Below are positions 11,441 to 20,277 of a stretch of 32,000 bases of DNA, in pieces. Location of the stretch: assembly GCA_965224465.1 (NCBI GenBank), contig OZ245049.1, positions 3,330,001 to 3,362,000 of the forward strand, written 5' to 3'. Each line of letters begins with the position of its first letter. The first letter of the stretch is position 1. The DNA comes from Flavobacteriaceae bacterium. Lineage in GTDB: Bacteria > Bacteroidota > Bacteroidia > Flavobacteriales > Flavobacteriaceae. The notes below the pieces were generated by a model that saw only the letters and a program-made list of their open reading frames with translations, had not been told where the DNA came from and searched no databases. A program made the translations under genes and the position numbers.

Positions 11441-11496
11441 ATGTTGTTTACGGTTCGTAGCATATCTATAGAATTAAAAATTAAAACGTACAAATT

Positions 11497-11775
11497 ATGT
11501 TTTTAGAAATAGTAACGCCTGAAGCAATAATTTTTCAATCAGATGTTGAGTCTGTTGTTGTCCCAGGAGTGAATGGTAAGTTTCAAATGTTGAAAAATCA
11601 CGCAGCTATCGTATCTTTATTGATCGAAGGTCTTGTGGTTATTAGAGGGAGTGAAATTCAAATCGAAAAAGAATTCCAATCTAAATTCAATAGTTTAAAA
11701 GAGGAGTTTTCTTTGAAAATTAACAGTGGAACTATCGAAATGAAAGGTGATAAAGTAATTATTCTTGCTGATTAA
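11497..11775 (+). CDS. atpC: F1F0 ATP synthase epsilon subunit (short Bacteroidota form)
   Basis: 92-aa ORF directly downstream of atpD. N-terminal beta-sandwich pattern LEIVTPEAIIFQSDVESVVVPGVNGKFQMLKNHAAIVSLL. Confidence 0.85.
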   Translation: MFLEIVTPEAIIFQSDVESVVVPGVNGKFQMLKNHAAIVSLLIEGLVVIRGSEIQIEKEFQSKFNSLKEEFSLKINSGTIEMKGDKVIILAD

Positions 11776-11800
11776 TTATTTTTATTTAATATTTTAATAA

Positions 11801-11835
11801 AAAAGCATTGCTCAATTAGGCAATGCTTTTTTTTG
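11801..11835 (+). terminator. Rho-independent terminator after atpC
   Basis: agcattgc / gcaatgct forms a perfect 8-bp stem with an 8-nt loop, followed by T8. Confidence 0.7.
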
Positions 11836-11991
11836 TTTATGAGCCATTTACATTCTTATAACGGTCGTTTGTTGTATTAGTGTTGTTTTTTGCTTGTGAA
11901 TCCATGTAAAAACCCTCAGGGATAAACCCCTGTAAAATGTTGATAACCCGTATTTTTTGTTGAAAACTTCAAATATTGTATTATTTTAACA

Positions 11992-11999
11992 TATCTTTG
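11992..11999 (+). promoter_or_regulatory. Bacteroidota -7 promoter box (TAnnTTTG) for the type-B cargo gene
   Basis: TATCTTTG lies 64 nt upstream of the ATG at 12063. It sits inside the ORF-track extension 11976-12062, which argues that the extension is not translated. Confidence 0.4.
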
Positions 12000-12062
12000 T
12001 TCCACGGCTATTTTGATTCATTTTATATAGCGAAAACTATAGAGAAAACTAAATTAACCCCT

Positions 12063-15062
12063 ATGAAAAGAGCAAACCCCCTTGTACTTCTCTGGATGTG
12101 CATCATGTTCTTCATGACACACGTTTCATACACTCAAAAATTGGCACAGCCCAAATTGAAGTTTAGTAAGGCATGTGCTTCTGTTAAATTCAATACATAT
12201 GATGTTGAAGTGATTTCAGAAGAAGGTGGATTTGATGCTGATAATATATTTATTATTGAGCTGTCTGATCATACTGGAGGTTTCGGGTCACCAATTATCT
12301 TAAAGCAAATTTCAGGTAAAAATAGCACTCTTAATTTTACAACTTCAGTTTCTTTTGCCAGTACTATTTATGGCGAGAATTATGTAATTAGAGTACGGTC
12401 TACAAAACCTGAAAGAATAAGCTCTGCATCCAAGACGTTTCCTGGGTATTATCTTTCTAATATTCCTTTGGTATTGGAAAACTTTAAAGATGTGACTTTA
12501 TGTAAAGGATCTTCTACTTCTTTATCTTTGGATGCTACTTCTGCCGCTGCGTTTAAAAAATTTAATTGGTATTTTAATGAAATACTTATTAAAAAAGGAG
12601 GTAGCAGTTTAGGAGTTAAAAATCCAGGACGTTACTTTGCAAAAGTATATTATGGAGCTTGTACTAATGATGCTCTGATATCTTCAAATAGAGTAACAGT
12701 CTCTACAATGGAATCTTTAGATGTTAATATTAAAGGGCCAACGGAGGTTTCTAAATGTGCGAACGAATCTTATACACTAGAATCTAGTATTCAAGACCTA
12801 GCCAATGATTATTATTGGTATAAAAATGGTTCTTTTATTACGGGGATTTCAAGTAAAGAAATTAAACATACAGTGACTGGTGCTCTCATGTATGGAAAAT
12901 ATACTTTAAGGGTTAAAATAAACGGCTGTGAAGTCACATCAAAGCCTGTTTCTATTGTCAATCAAAGTACTGATTTTACGGTGGCGGCAGTGGGTGATAC
13001 CGAAAATATAATTGTGTTTCCTGGAGGAGCTACAACCTTAAAAATTACAACTACTGCGGTAGGCACTGTGGTAGTGAAATGGTATAAAGATGAGACTCTG
13101 TTACCTACTGAGTCTGGTATGAATATTAAGGTTAGCGAAGAAGGAAAGTATAGAGCGCAGGTTTCTGTTTCAGGATCTACATGTGCGGCTCAAGTAAGCT
13201 CTCCCGTTTTTAAAGTTTACAATCCTAATGCGTATTTTTTAAGCTTAAAAACAGCAGATAATTATACAAAATGTGTGAGTTCTTCTGTTGTGTTAAAACC
13301 CACAGATATTAAATATGGCATTAGTACAGGTCAAAAGTTTATATTAGATTTGGATAAGTATGGGACGCTTAATTATACATGGTTTTATAAAGAAAATGTT
13401 TTAAGTGGTAAGAAATCAACTAATTTACTAATAGATAATTCCGAATTAAACGGTGCCTATAAAGTAAAAGTTTACGATGCAAATAATAATTTTGCTGTTT
13501 CAAATACGATTCAAGTGAGTTTAAGCCTGGCCAATGTTCTTGTTTTAGGAGATGAGAAAGTTTATTTATGTTTAAATGATCCACATACCTTTAAAGCGAG
13601 TATAGACAACCCCAAGTATACGTATACGTGGTTTAAAAACGAATTAAAAATCAACTCATTGCCTGCCTATTCTCCAACATATTCTGTTGACACAGACGTG
13701 TTTGGTGATTATAAAGTAGAAATAAAAAACACTTCAGGATGTACAAGCGCATCTAATGTTATTCAATTATTAAGTTCGTCTGCTTCATTTAATGTAATTG
13801 CTAATGGTGCTAATATTCCCATCATTTTGTTTAAAGGAGATACTCGTAAAATTACCATCTCTACTTCTGCTATTAGCCCAGTAATTACTTGGTATAAAGA
13901 TGGATATGAAGTACCAGGGAGTAATTCTTTGAGTTTGTCCGTTTCGCAAGCAGGTAAATACAGAGCAAAGGTAGAAGTTGCTGATGTTTGTGGTCAGTCC
14001 GTATTTTCGGATTATTTCAAGGTTGTTGTTCCTCAGGATTTTGAGGTGACTGTGAAAACAGATTCAAACTATGAGGCGTGTAGTGCAGTAAAAGTTACAT
14101 TGAGTATTGGTGAGTTTTTTATAAAAATTATTGGAAGTGCTCCTGTTTCTGTTAAGGAAGAGGAGTATGCGAAGTTTACGTTTGCTTGGATCAAAAATGG
14201 AAACCTGATAACAGCTGCAGATGGAACATCCTTAGCGTTAAATTCTGAGGAAGACAGTGGCTCATACCAACTTAAAATAGTTTCTAAATCTGGGATATCA
14301 GCCACCTCTAGTGAACGTCAAATAAAAATGGAATTAGAAGCGATTGAAATTCATTCTAAAGCTTCAAATTCTACCATTTGTAAAGGGAATTCAACGAGGT
14401 TATATGCGATAGATGATCCTTTATATAGTTATCAATGGTATTATAATGATACTCCGTTGGCAAGTGAGACTTTATTTGAGTTATCGGTAAATAGTTCTGG
14501 AGATTATTATGTTCGAGTATCTAAAAACAATTGTTCTATTAATTCAAATACCATTTCGATTGCATCTCTAGATGAAGATGTCATTCAAATAAGTCCTTCA
14601 GATCTTATATTTATAACTGATGGAGAAACGGCAACTGTCACTGCATCAGGTGGTGATAGTTACCTCTGGCAGAATGATGTTGGTGAGGTGCTCTCTAAGA
14701 CAGCAAGCCTTATTGTAAGTAAAGAAGGGAAGTATGTTGTGATCGCAAAATTAGGTGCCTGTGAATTTGTAAAAACGATTGAAGTATCGTTTAAAAGAAG
14801 TACCTTGGTCCCTAATATTGTAAGTCCGAATAACGATGGAGTCAATGATACTTGGGCCTTACCTCACGGTTATGCGTTTAATAAAGACGTTGAAGTTAAA
14901 ATTTTTAATGCCAATGGAGTTGTTGTATTCACAACCACAGATTATCAAAATAATTGGCCCGAAGGGAGTTTGAACAATATGCCGTCATATACCTTGTTTT
15001 ATTATGTAATTAAACAAGGAGAAGAGGTCGTTAAAAAAGGAACAATAACTATTATTAAATAA
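12063..15062 (+). CDS. Ig-like-repeat cell-surface protein with a T9SS type-B (gliding-motility-associated) C-terminal domain
   Basis: The track ORF begins at 11976. The ATG at 12063 gives a proper signal peptide (MKRANPLVLLWMCIMFFMTHVSYTQ). About 9 repeats share a W[YF]K[ND]...G.Y...V....C pattern. The C-terminus VPNIVSPNNDGVNDTWAL...VKIFNANGVVVF...YQNNW...YTLFYYVI...GTITIIK matches the type-B CTD pattern (TIGR04131-like). Confidence 0.8.
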   Translation: MKRANPLVLLWMCIMFFMTHVSYTQKLAQPKLKFSKACASVKFNTYDVEVISEEGGFDADNIFIIELSDHTGGFGSPIILKQISGKNSTLNFTTSVSFASTIYGENYVIRVRSTKPERISSASKTFPGYYLSNIPLVLENFKDVTLCKGSSTSLSLDATSAAAFKKFNWYFNEILIKKGGSSLGVKNPGRYFAKVYYGACTNDALISSNRVTVSTMESLDVNIKGPTEVSKCANESYTLESSIQDLANDYYWYKNGSFITGISSKEIKHTVTGALMYGKYTLRVKINGCEVTSKPVSIVNQSTDFTVAAVGDTENIIVFPGGATTLKITTTAVGTVVVKWYKDETLLPTESGMNIKVSEEGKYRAQVSVSGSTCAAQVSSPVFKVYNPNAYFLSLKTADNYTKCVSSSVVLKPTDIKYGISTGQKFILDLDKYGTLNYTWFYKENVLSGKKSTNLLIDNSELNGAYKVKVYDANNNFAVSNTIQVSLSLANVLVLGDEKVYLCLNDPHTFKASIDNPKYTYTWFKNELKINSLPAYSPTYSVDTDVFGDYKVEIKNTSGCTSASNVIQLLSSSASFNVIANGANIPIILFKGDTRKITISTSAISPVITWYKDGYEVPGSNSLSLSVSQAGKYRAKVEVADVCGQSVFSDYFKVVVPQDFEVTVKTDSNYEACSAVKVTLSIGEFFIKIIGSAPVSVKEEEYAKFTFAWIKNGNLITAADGTSLALNSEEDSGSYQLKIVSKSGISATSSERQIKMELEAIEIHSKASNSTICKGNSTRLYAIDDPLYSYQWYYNDTPLASETLFELSVNSSGDYYVRVSKNNCSINSNTISIASLDEDVIQISPSDLIFITDGETATVTASGGDSYLWQNDVGEVLSKTASLIVSKEGKYVVIAKLGACEFVKTIEVSFKRSTLVPNIVSPNNDGVNDTWALPHGYAFNKDVEVKIFNANGVVVFTTTDYQNNWPEGSLNNMPSYTLFYYVIKQGEEVVKKGTITIIK

Positions 15063-15070
15063 TTGTGTTT

Positions 15071-17230
15071 ATGTCTAAAATGTACTTGTTGGTTGTGTTC
15101 CTTACCGTTTTTTCTTTCGGTATGTTAGGACAGTCTAAGGAGTTTATTCCCCTAGACTTACCTACGCAGAATCTCATAAAATTCAATAGGTATCTAAGCA
15201 ATCCAACGTTTTCAATTATTGGTGAAAAATCGTCAAAAATAAGTTTATACAATAGAAGACAGTGGATCGATTTTGATGGTTCACCCGAAGCATATATGTT
15301 AAACTATTCTGGTTTGATTTCTGAAAATGTTGGGGTCGGATTAAATGCGTACCAACAAAACTCAGGAGTTCTTAAGAATTTTGGTGTTATAGCTAATTAT
15401 GCCTATCGATTTAAATTTAGTGATAATATTGCGGTTACCTTTGGTGTGAATGCTGCATATCTTATTAGTGGACTGAATAGAAGTAAGATTTTTGGTGATC
15501 CAGATCCTGCACTAGAAGCGTTGGATAATAATTCTATTTTTATGTGTATGCCTGGTGGAAATATTTCTTTTGGTAGATTTGATCTTGGGGTGTACGCGGA
15601 AAACTTTATCGATTATAGTATAAAAACAGGCGAAACGCTTACCGAATTTAAAGATAAATCCTTTACAAGTCATATTATGTATACACAGCCATTTTCTGTA
15701 CCTACGGGTATTTTTAAAGATGCTGCATTACAGATAATGGTAAAGAGTCGTAAAACTCCAGACAGAGGATATGTTATGTCTGGGAGTTTGCTATTAGACC
15801 TACCAAAAGCTGGTTGGGTACAAGGTGGTTATAATAAATTTTATGGTTATTCCGTTGGACTTGGAGTCAATGTGTCTAAGCATATTTCTTTTGGATATGT
15901 ATTAGAGAAAGGAATGAGTCGCGATATTAAGAATTTTGGGAATACCCACGAGATTACTATGGCTTATACATTTGACCCTCGTAAGAAAAAGGAGACTCAA
16001 GAAGAGAAAGATGATTCTAAGAAAACATTAGATGCTGTTGAAGAAAAAGACGGTGAAAAATCAAAAAAGACGGTTGAAGAATTAGAAACAGATAAAGCAT
16101 CTTCTAATAGTGAAAGTTCAGAGGCAATTAGAAAGGAAGAAGCTTTGGAGAAGGCAAAAGAAAATCGTGCTTCTAAAATAGTTCAAAACCGAGCTATTAG
16201 CCCAAATACACATGATGCAAATGGTGTTCAATATCAGTACCTTGGAGTAGTTCCGGGTGTGAAAAATGGTTATTATGTGACAACAAAAGTATTTAATAAC
16301 GAGATATTAGCAAAAAATGAAGTCGCTGCTTTAAAAGCAAATGGGCATAAAGTTTCTTATTTTAAGAATTCGAATAATGGTTACTTTTATGTATATCTAG
16401 ATCGTTATTTGAGTTGGGATAAGGTAAAAAAGATTGTAAAAAGCAACTACAACGATACCTACGTTGGTGACTTATTGATAATGGATGTTGCAGTTGAAAA
16501 AAATCCAGTAAAAATAGCAGCACCGAAGAAGAGAAAAGTTATCAATAAAAAGCCTCGTATTACAAGGCGTAAAACAACTAACACATCGGATAATACATCG
16601 GATAACACATCGGAAGATGAAATTCGTTCTAGTTATGCTAATAAAACAAAAAAGCCACGGAGAATTGCCCAGAAAGTAACACTTCATATTGATGATGTCG
16701 CTAGTGGCTATTATTTGATAGCAAGCGTGTTTTCGGTTAAAAGTAACGCAGATAGATTTATTGATAAATTAAAAGAACAAGGATTAGATGCGCGTTACTT
16801 TATCAATCCAAAAAATAAGTATAGATATGTTTATTTGCAATATTCAGAAGAAAAAGCAGAGACTTTAAAGGCTTATTACTCAAATGTTAATGATACTTAT
16901 TTTGATGAAATTTGGGTGATGCATGTCTTGTCTCATAACAAGAGAAAACCGAGGGTAAAACCCCAAATGGTTTTGACAACAACAGACGTCCCAAGTGGAT
17001 TCTATATAATTGTAGGTGTATATTCAAAGGAAAGAAATGCTACTAGATTTTTAAATAAATTAAAGAATGATGGATTAGACGCCAATTATTTTGTGAACCC
17101 AAAAAATAAGTACCGTTATATATATTTAGTACATTCGGAGAGTAAGAGACTTGTTTCAAGTTCCTACTATTCGAATATAGACAATACTTATTTTGGTGAA
17201 AAATGGATTATGGCTATTAAAAAGAGGTGA
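15071..17230 (+). CDS. PorP/SprF-family T9SS outer-membrane protein fused to a K/E-rich linker and three SPOR-like repeats
   Basis: The track start is a GTG at 15065. The ATG at 15071 gives MSKMYLLVVFLTVFSFGMLGQ. PorP/SprF signatures: FNRYLSNPTFS, YNRRQWIDFDGSPEAY, ANYAYRF, and barrel end HEITMAYTF (~nt 15975). Charged linker at 15976-16260. Three ~75-aa repeats follow. The gene starts 8 nt after the type-B cargo stop, which is the canonical cargo/SprF pairing. Confidence 0.85.
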   Translation: MSKMYLLVVFLTVFSFGMLGQSKEFIPLDLPTQNLIKFNRYLSNPTFSIIGEKSSKISLYNRRQWIDFDGSPEAYMLNYSGLISENVGVGLNAYQQNSGVLKNFGVIANYAYRFKFSDNIAVTFGVNAAYLISGLNRSKIFGDPDPALEALDNNSIFMCMPGGNISFGRFDLGVYAENFIDYSIKTGETLTEFKDKSFTSHIMYTQPFSVPTGIFKDAALQIMVKSRKTPDRGYVMSGSLLLDLPKAGWVQGGYNKFYGYSVGLGVNVSKHISFGYVLEKGMSRDIKNFGNTHEITMAYTFDPRKKKETQEEKDDSKKTLDAVEEKDGEKSKKTVEELETDKASSNSESSEAIRKEEALEKAKENRASKIVQNRAISPNTHDANGVQYQYLGVVPGVKNGYYVTTKVFNNEILAKNEVAALKANGHKVSYFKNSNNGYFYVYLDRYLSWDKVKKIVKSNYNDTYVGDLLIMDVAVEKNPVKIAAPKKRKVINKKPRITRRKTTNTSDNTSDNTSEDEIRSSYANKTKKPRRIAQKVTLHIDDVASGYYLIASVFSVKSNADRFIDKLKEQGLDARYFINPKNKYRYVYLQYSEEKAETLKAYYSNVNDTYFDEIWVMHVLSHNKRKPRVKPQMVLTTTDVPSGFYIIVGVYSKERNATRFLNKLKNDGLDANYFVNPKNKYRYIYLVHSESKRLVSSSYYSNIDNTYFGEKWIMAIKKR
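16265..17218 (+). repeat. Three tandem SPOR-like (peptidoglycan-binding) domain repeats inside the SprF-like CDS
   Basis: Repeats at 16265-16489, 16703-16926 and 16994-17218. Example: SGYYLIASVFSVKSNADRFIDKLKEQGLDARYFINPKNKYRYVYLQYSEEKAETLKAYYSNVNDTYFDEIWVMHV. The beta-alpha-beta-beta-alpha-beta residue pattern is typical of SPOR (PF05036). Confidence 0.65.
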
Positions 17231-17260
17231 TAGTCATATAATTTAAACTCATTATTGTAA

Positions 17261-18697
17261 CTAATCAGTATTAAATTTGAGTTTATATTTATCGATTATT
17301 GCTAGGTTGTCCATTATATTCATTCCATTTTTGATAGTAGTATCTATAGGGGGTTTATTTTGTCTAAATTTTGTGCAGTTTCTTCTTTTTTAAACTGTCG
17401 TGATGTTTTTTGTTTCACGGATTGCTCTCTCCGAAGTATTATTGTCCGCAGGCACCTGTTTTAGAAAAAAAATGAGTATTGACTTTCTCTGCACATTCTT
17501 TTATTAAAAGTGTGTAATATTTTATGTCTTTTATCAGGTGGATCGTTTAGTAGATAATGGAGTTGTTGTAGTAATTTGTACTTTTTATGTTTTGCTTATA
17601 CTGATGACTTTTCATTATTTTTTTGAGATCTATAGTATCGTAGCGTAATTTTAAAAACATATTACCCCATCTGTTATTGACATATCTTTTAAATGTCCTT
17701 GTAGATGAGGGAGACATGATTGATGATTCTTGGCAAGGGGTTAAGTGTAGTTTTCATCTGTCGTGTACTAAAGTACTGTTTGGAAAACCCTCTGGAAAAT
17801 GAGATTTAATAGTTTCTCCTTTCTGTTTTTTGAGTGAACAATATAGGTGAGTTTTTGAGTTTGCCATGCCTAATGCCTAATGCCTAATGCCTAATGCCTA
17901 TGGTAGTCCCCATGTACTATACTCCCGTCTGATCTGCGCCAATATTGTTACTTCTAATTGTACGTTGTTTTATTAGTTCATAAACAGGTGTTACTTTATT
18001 TGCAAAACGGTTTCATAAACAATGGACACCTACTTCGCTGATATTGATATTAAAAACGTCCTTAAATACTTCTTTCATTCTTAAAAAAGGAAGGTATCGA
18101 CGTGCATAAAAATATCTGTTAAGACCTTCTATGTTTTCGCCGTAACTAACGGCTTGTAACATTTTCCGGAAAGTCAGCAACCGTTTGACATCCACAAGAA
18201 CAGGTTTTACTATATGTTCTATACTCCGTAAAGACAGCTCTAATAGGCGGTATATCTACTTTTTGGTGAGTTTGTGATTTAACATCCAGAATATCTTCTA
18301 ATGATAAACAATAAACCACAGCCATTTCAATAATACGGATGTAAGGCTACTATTTGGTATGGAAAAGCCGTCATTTCCAATATTTTCCCCTCTTTCTTTT
18401 TGAACTCCATATTTTTCATCATAACATTTTCGTAAGCTTTGATTAGGTCTTGGGAACTGCGTATCTTTTGACGGGGAATGGAGCTGTTTCGACTATTTTT
18501 GGTGTTTTATAAGTTAATAATTCCTCTTTTAACGTCCTGTTCCCCTTTAATAATTTAACATGTACTGCTGTCAAATCGATATTCTTTTTTATCAATTGCT
18601 GATTTTCTTTCGCTACATATTCCAATTCTTTTTTACGTTCTAAAAGAACTTGAACAGTAGTTAATAACTCTAAATATATGGCTTGTTTTGGGAGCAT
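17261..18697 (-). pseudogene. IS66-family transposase pseudogene (multiple frameshifts and stops)
   Basis: Minus-strand fragments in order. Coiled-coil N-terminus (track ORF 18443..18697). Zinc-finger region VDIPPIRAVFTEYRTYSKTCSCGCQTVADFPENV (~18190-18290). LNRYFYARRYLPFLRMKEVFKDVFNINISEVG (track ORF 18013..18195). NIGADQTGV (~17920). FPEGFPNSTLV (~17770). VPADNNTSERAIR (~17420-17460). IDTTIKNGMNIMDNL, with the stop inside the inverted repeat at 17261. Confidence 0.8.
17866..17900. repeat. Perfect heptanucleotide tandem repeat (ATGCCTA)x5
   Basis: Read directly: atgccta five times, 35 bp, inside the dead transposase, replacing part of the catalytic core after the ADQTG motif. Confidence 0.95.
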
Positions 18698-19048
18698 AAA
18701 AAATACTCACCTCTAAAGTATTTCATTCATTGTGATAACATCAGGGGTTTTAATAAAACTTATTAAAGCAACCGCACCAGTTATTATCACTGTCTACATT
18801 GAAGTTTCTTTTTTTGTTTTGAATAAAAGAAGTATAAAAGTTGTTCGTAACCTAGATAGCATTGTTCATAAACCTAGTCAAATAACAGAAACTGATTAGT
18901 TACGACTTAATCTTATGTTTGATCTGTATTAGGAGGGTGAGAGCTTTTTCAGCTTTATTATCTTTTTTGTTATGAGATTTTCGAGGGACTTTGCATTTTT
19001 AAAAAAAATGCTGTATTAAATACGCTCGGATACGTTGGTGTTTTACCT

Positions 19049-19363
19049 CTACACCATGTATTGCTCCGCTACCCATTGTTGAGCCTCCCAATAACCCCAA
19101 AAGGGGTTGTCTGAGCTGTTCACTCTCTGCTCAAGACCTTTGTTGATCTCACTATTTATTATTTCTGTCTCTTTTTTCTTAGGTTTGTCTGTCAGCATCG
19201 ATACAATATCCCTGTTTTGTAATTCATCAAGCACCTCTCCATTGTTCTAATATGTACCGATATATAATCGGCAAATTCTTGGCGAGCAGCAAATCTTTCG
19301 GTTTTGATCGTAATTGCCTTAGTTCGGACAATGATTCGGTAAATAAGTTCTTTTTTTCATATG
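19049..19363 (-). pseudogene. Fragmented small ORF of unknown function, disrupted at or after an A7 tract
   Basis: The ATG at 19363 is followed by A7 and an early stop. The +1 frame reads KKELIYRIIVRTKAITIKTERFAARQEFADYISVHIRTMERCL. A further shift joins it to track ORF 19049..19234 (LDELQNRDIVSMLTDKPKKK...). No family was recognised. Confidence 0.25.
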
Positions 19364-19408
19364 TAAATACACGAAATATATACGGCAATAGTTAACTATA
19401 TTTACGTT

Positions 19409-19580
19409 AAATGAACAGGGTTAGATACGTGCTACTTGCTTTATCCAAAAAACATTTACCGTTATATCTATTTAGTGTATTTTAAGAGGAAGACACTTGT
19501 TTTATAATCCTATGATTCTACTATAAACGACACCTGTTTTGGTGAGAAATGTAGTTAGAATATTACAAATAAGCGATATA
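19409..19580 (+). pseudogene. Relic of the 3' end of a SprF::SPOR paralog (copy B)
   Basis: Aligns by eye with 17085-17230. Examples: tccaaaaaacatttaccgttatatctatttagt vs cccaaaaaataagtaccgttatatatatttagt, and ttttggtgagaaatgt vs ttttggtgaaaaatgg. The reading frame is destroyed. Confidence 0.7.
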
Positions 19581-19595
19581 AATATATCTTAAAGG

Positions 19596-19810
19596 CCATA
19601 ATTAACCCTTTCTAGTGATAGCGTTATCAGTGTTTATACCCTTATGATTTAAAATTTGTAAAATTGTGTAATTCCTTTTTGTTTGTTTTGTTACCAGTCA
19701 GTTTTTTGATGCGATTTTCACAAACAGGTAGCTTTTATATTTTTGATAGATACTGGGAATCTCCATGTTATTTCCCTGTGTAATTTCAGTAAAGTTATGA
19801 ATAGTAGTGT
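19596..19810 (+). pseudogene. Relic of the 5' UTR and first ~65 codons of a giant-adhesin paralog
   Basis: Aligns by eye with 20256-20470. Examples: cctttttgtttgttttgttaccagtcagtttt vs cctttttatttgttttgttatctgtcaatttt, and gaatctccatgttatttccctgtgtaatttcagtaaa vs gagtctccgtggtgatttgaccatgatttcaaataa. The start codon is lost (agtgatagcg vs catgaaaact). Confidence 0.65.
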
Positions 19811-19984
19811 TTCATAGAATTATGGGACATGTAATTTTTAAAATATGGAGGTGTATTTTTTAATAATAAGCATAGGTTTTAAAAACGAATACGTGAAGTG
19901 TTATAAATAAACCCTTAATGCACGTGGATTTCTCGAAAATTTGAAAGATTCAGTTAGTTTAACCTATGCTGGTAAATAGATTTA

Positions 19985-20240
19985 AAATCAGGGTAGAAAT
20001 CCCCATGAAGTTAGATATAAATGAATGTATATATGCAAATGAAAGCAGTGCTGATATATTTTTAAATAGATTTAAGAATCATGGATTAGACATACATTAT
20101 TTTATGTACCCCAAAAATAAGCACCGTTATATAATGCCTTCGAATAGTTAGATACTTGTTTAAAGTTGCTATGATTCGAACATAAATAACACTTACTTTT
20201 ATTAAAAAAGGGATCAAAACCTTTAGAAATAAGTGAATAG
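19985..20240 (+). pseudogene. Relic of the last SPOR repeat and 3' end of a SprF::SPOR paralog (copy C), abutting the giant adhesin start
   Basis: Track ORF 19966..20151 reads ...SSADIFLNRFKNHGLDIHYFMYPKNKHRYI, compared with the intact ...RNATRFLNKLKNDGLDANYFVNPKNKYRYI. The homology continues past a premature stop to about 20240, 38 nt before the ATG at 20278. Confidence 0.7.
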
Positions 20241-20277
20241 AATTATAATTTTTACCCCTAATTAACCCCCTTTACTC

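Larger units (their letters stand above)
17257..18903 (-). mobile_element. Decayed IS66-family insertion sequence (single-ORF, ISBst12-like size, 1647 bp)
   Basis: 13-bp terminal inverted repeats: GTAACTAATCAGT at 17257-17269 and its reverse complement at 18891-18903. They start with GTAA, as is typical for IS66. They enclose a frameshifted IS66-type transposase. No flanking direct repeat is visible (tcattatt vs gacttaat). Confidence 0.7.

Noticed and set aside
11976-12062. Upstream extension of the type-B cargo ORF (track start 11976, MYYFNISLFHGYFDSFYIAKT...)
   Set aside because: The extension contains a perfect TAnnTTTG promoter box (11992-11999) and has no signal-peptide character. The ATG at 12063 gives a canonical signal peptide.
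17241-17288. 8-bp inverted repeat taaactca/tgagttta after the sprF-like stop, as a terminator
   Set aside because: The loop is about 27 nt and there is no T-run. It also overlaps the left IS inverted repeat, so it is more likely coincidental or IS-end related.
17866-17900. Possible CRISPR array or other spaced repeat
   Set aside because: The repeats are a contiguous 7-nt microsatellite with no spacers. There are no cas genes in the window.
18013-18697. Track ORFs 18013..18195 and 18443..18697 as independent small genes
   Set aside because: They are consecutive fragments of one frameshifted IS66-family transposase, not free-standing genes.
19966-20151. 61-aa + strand ORF as a real small gene upstream of the adhesin
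   Set aside because: Its sequence is a degraded copy of the third SPOR repeat of the SprF-like protein. The homology continues past its stop codon, so it is a pseudogene fragment.
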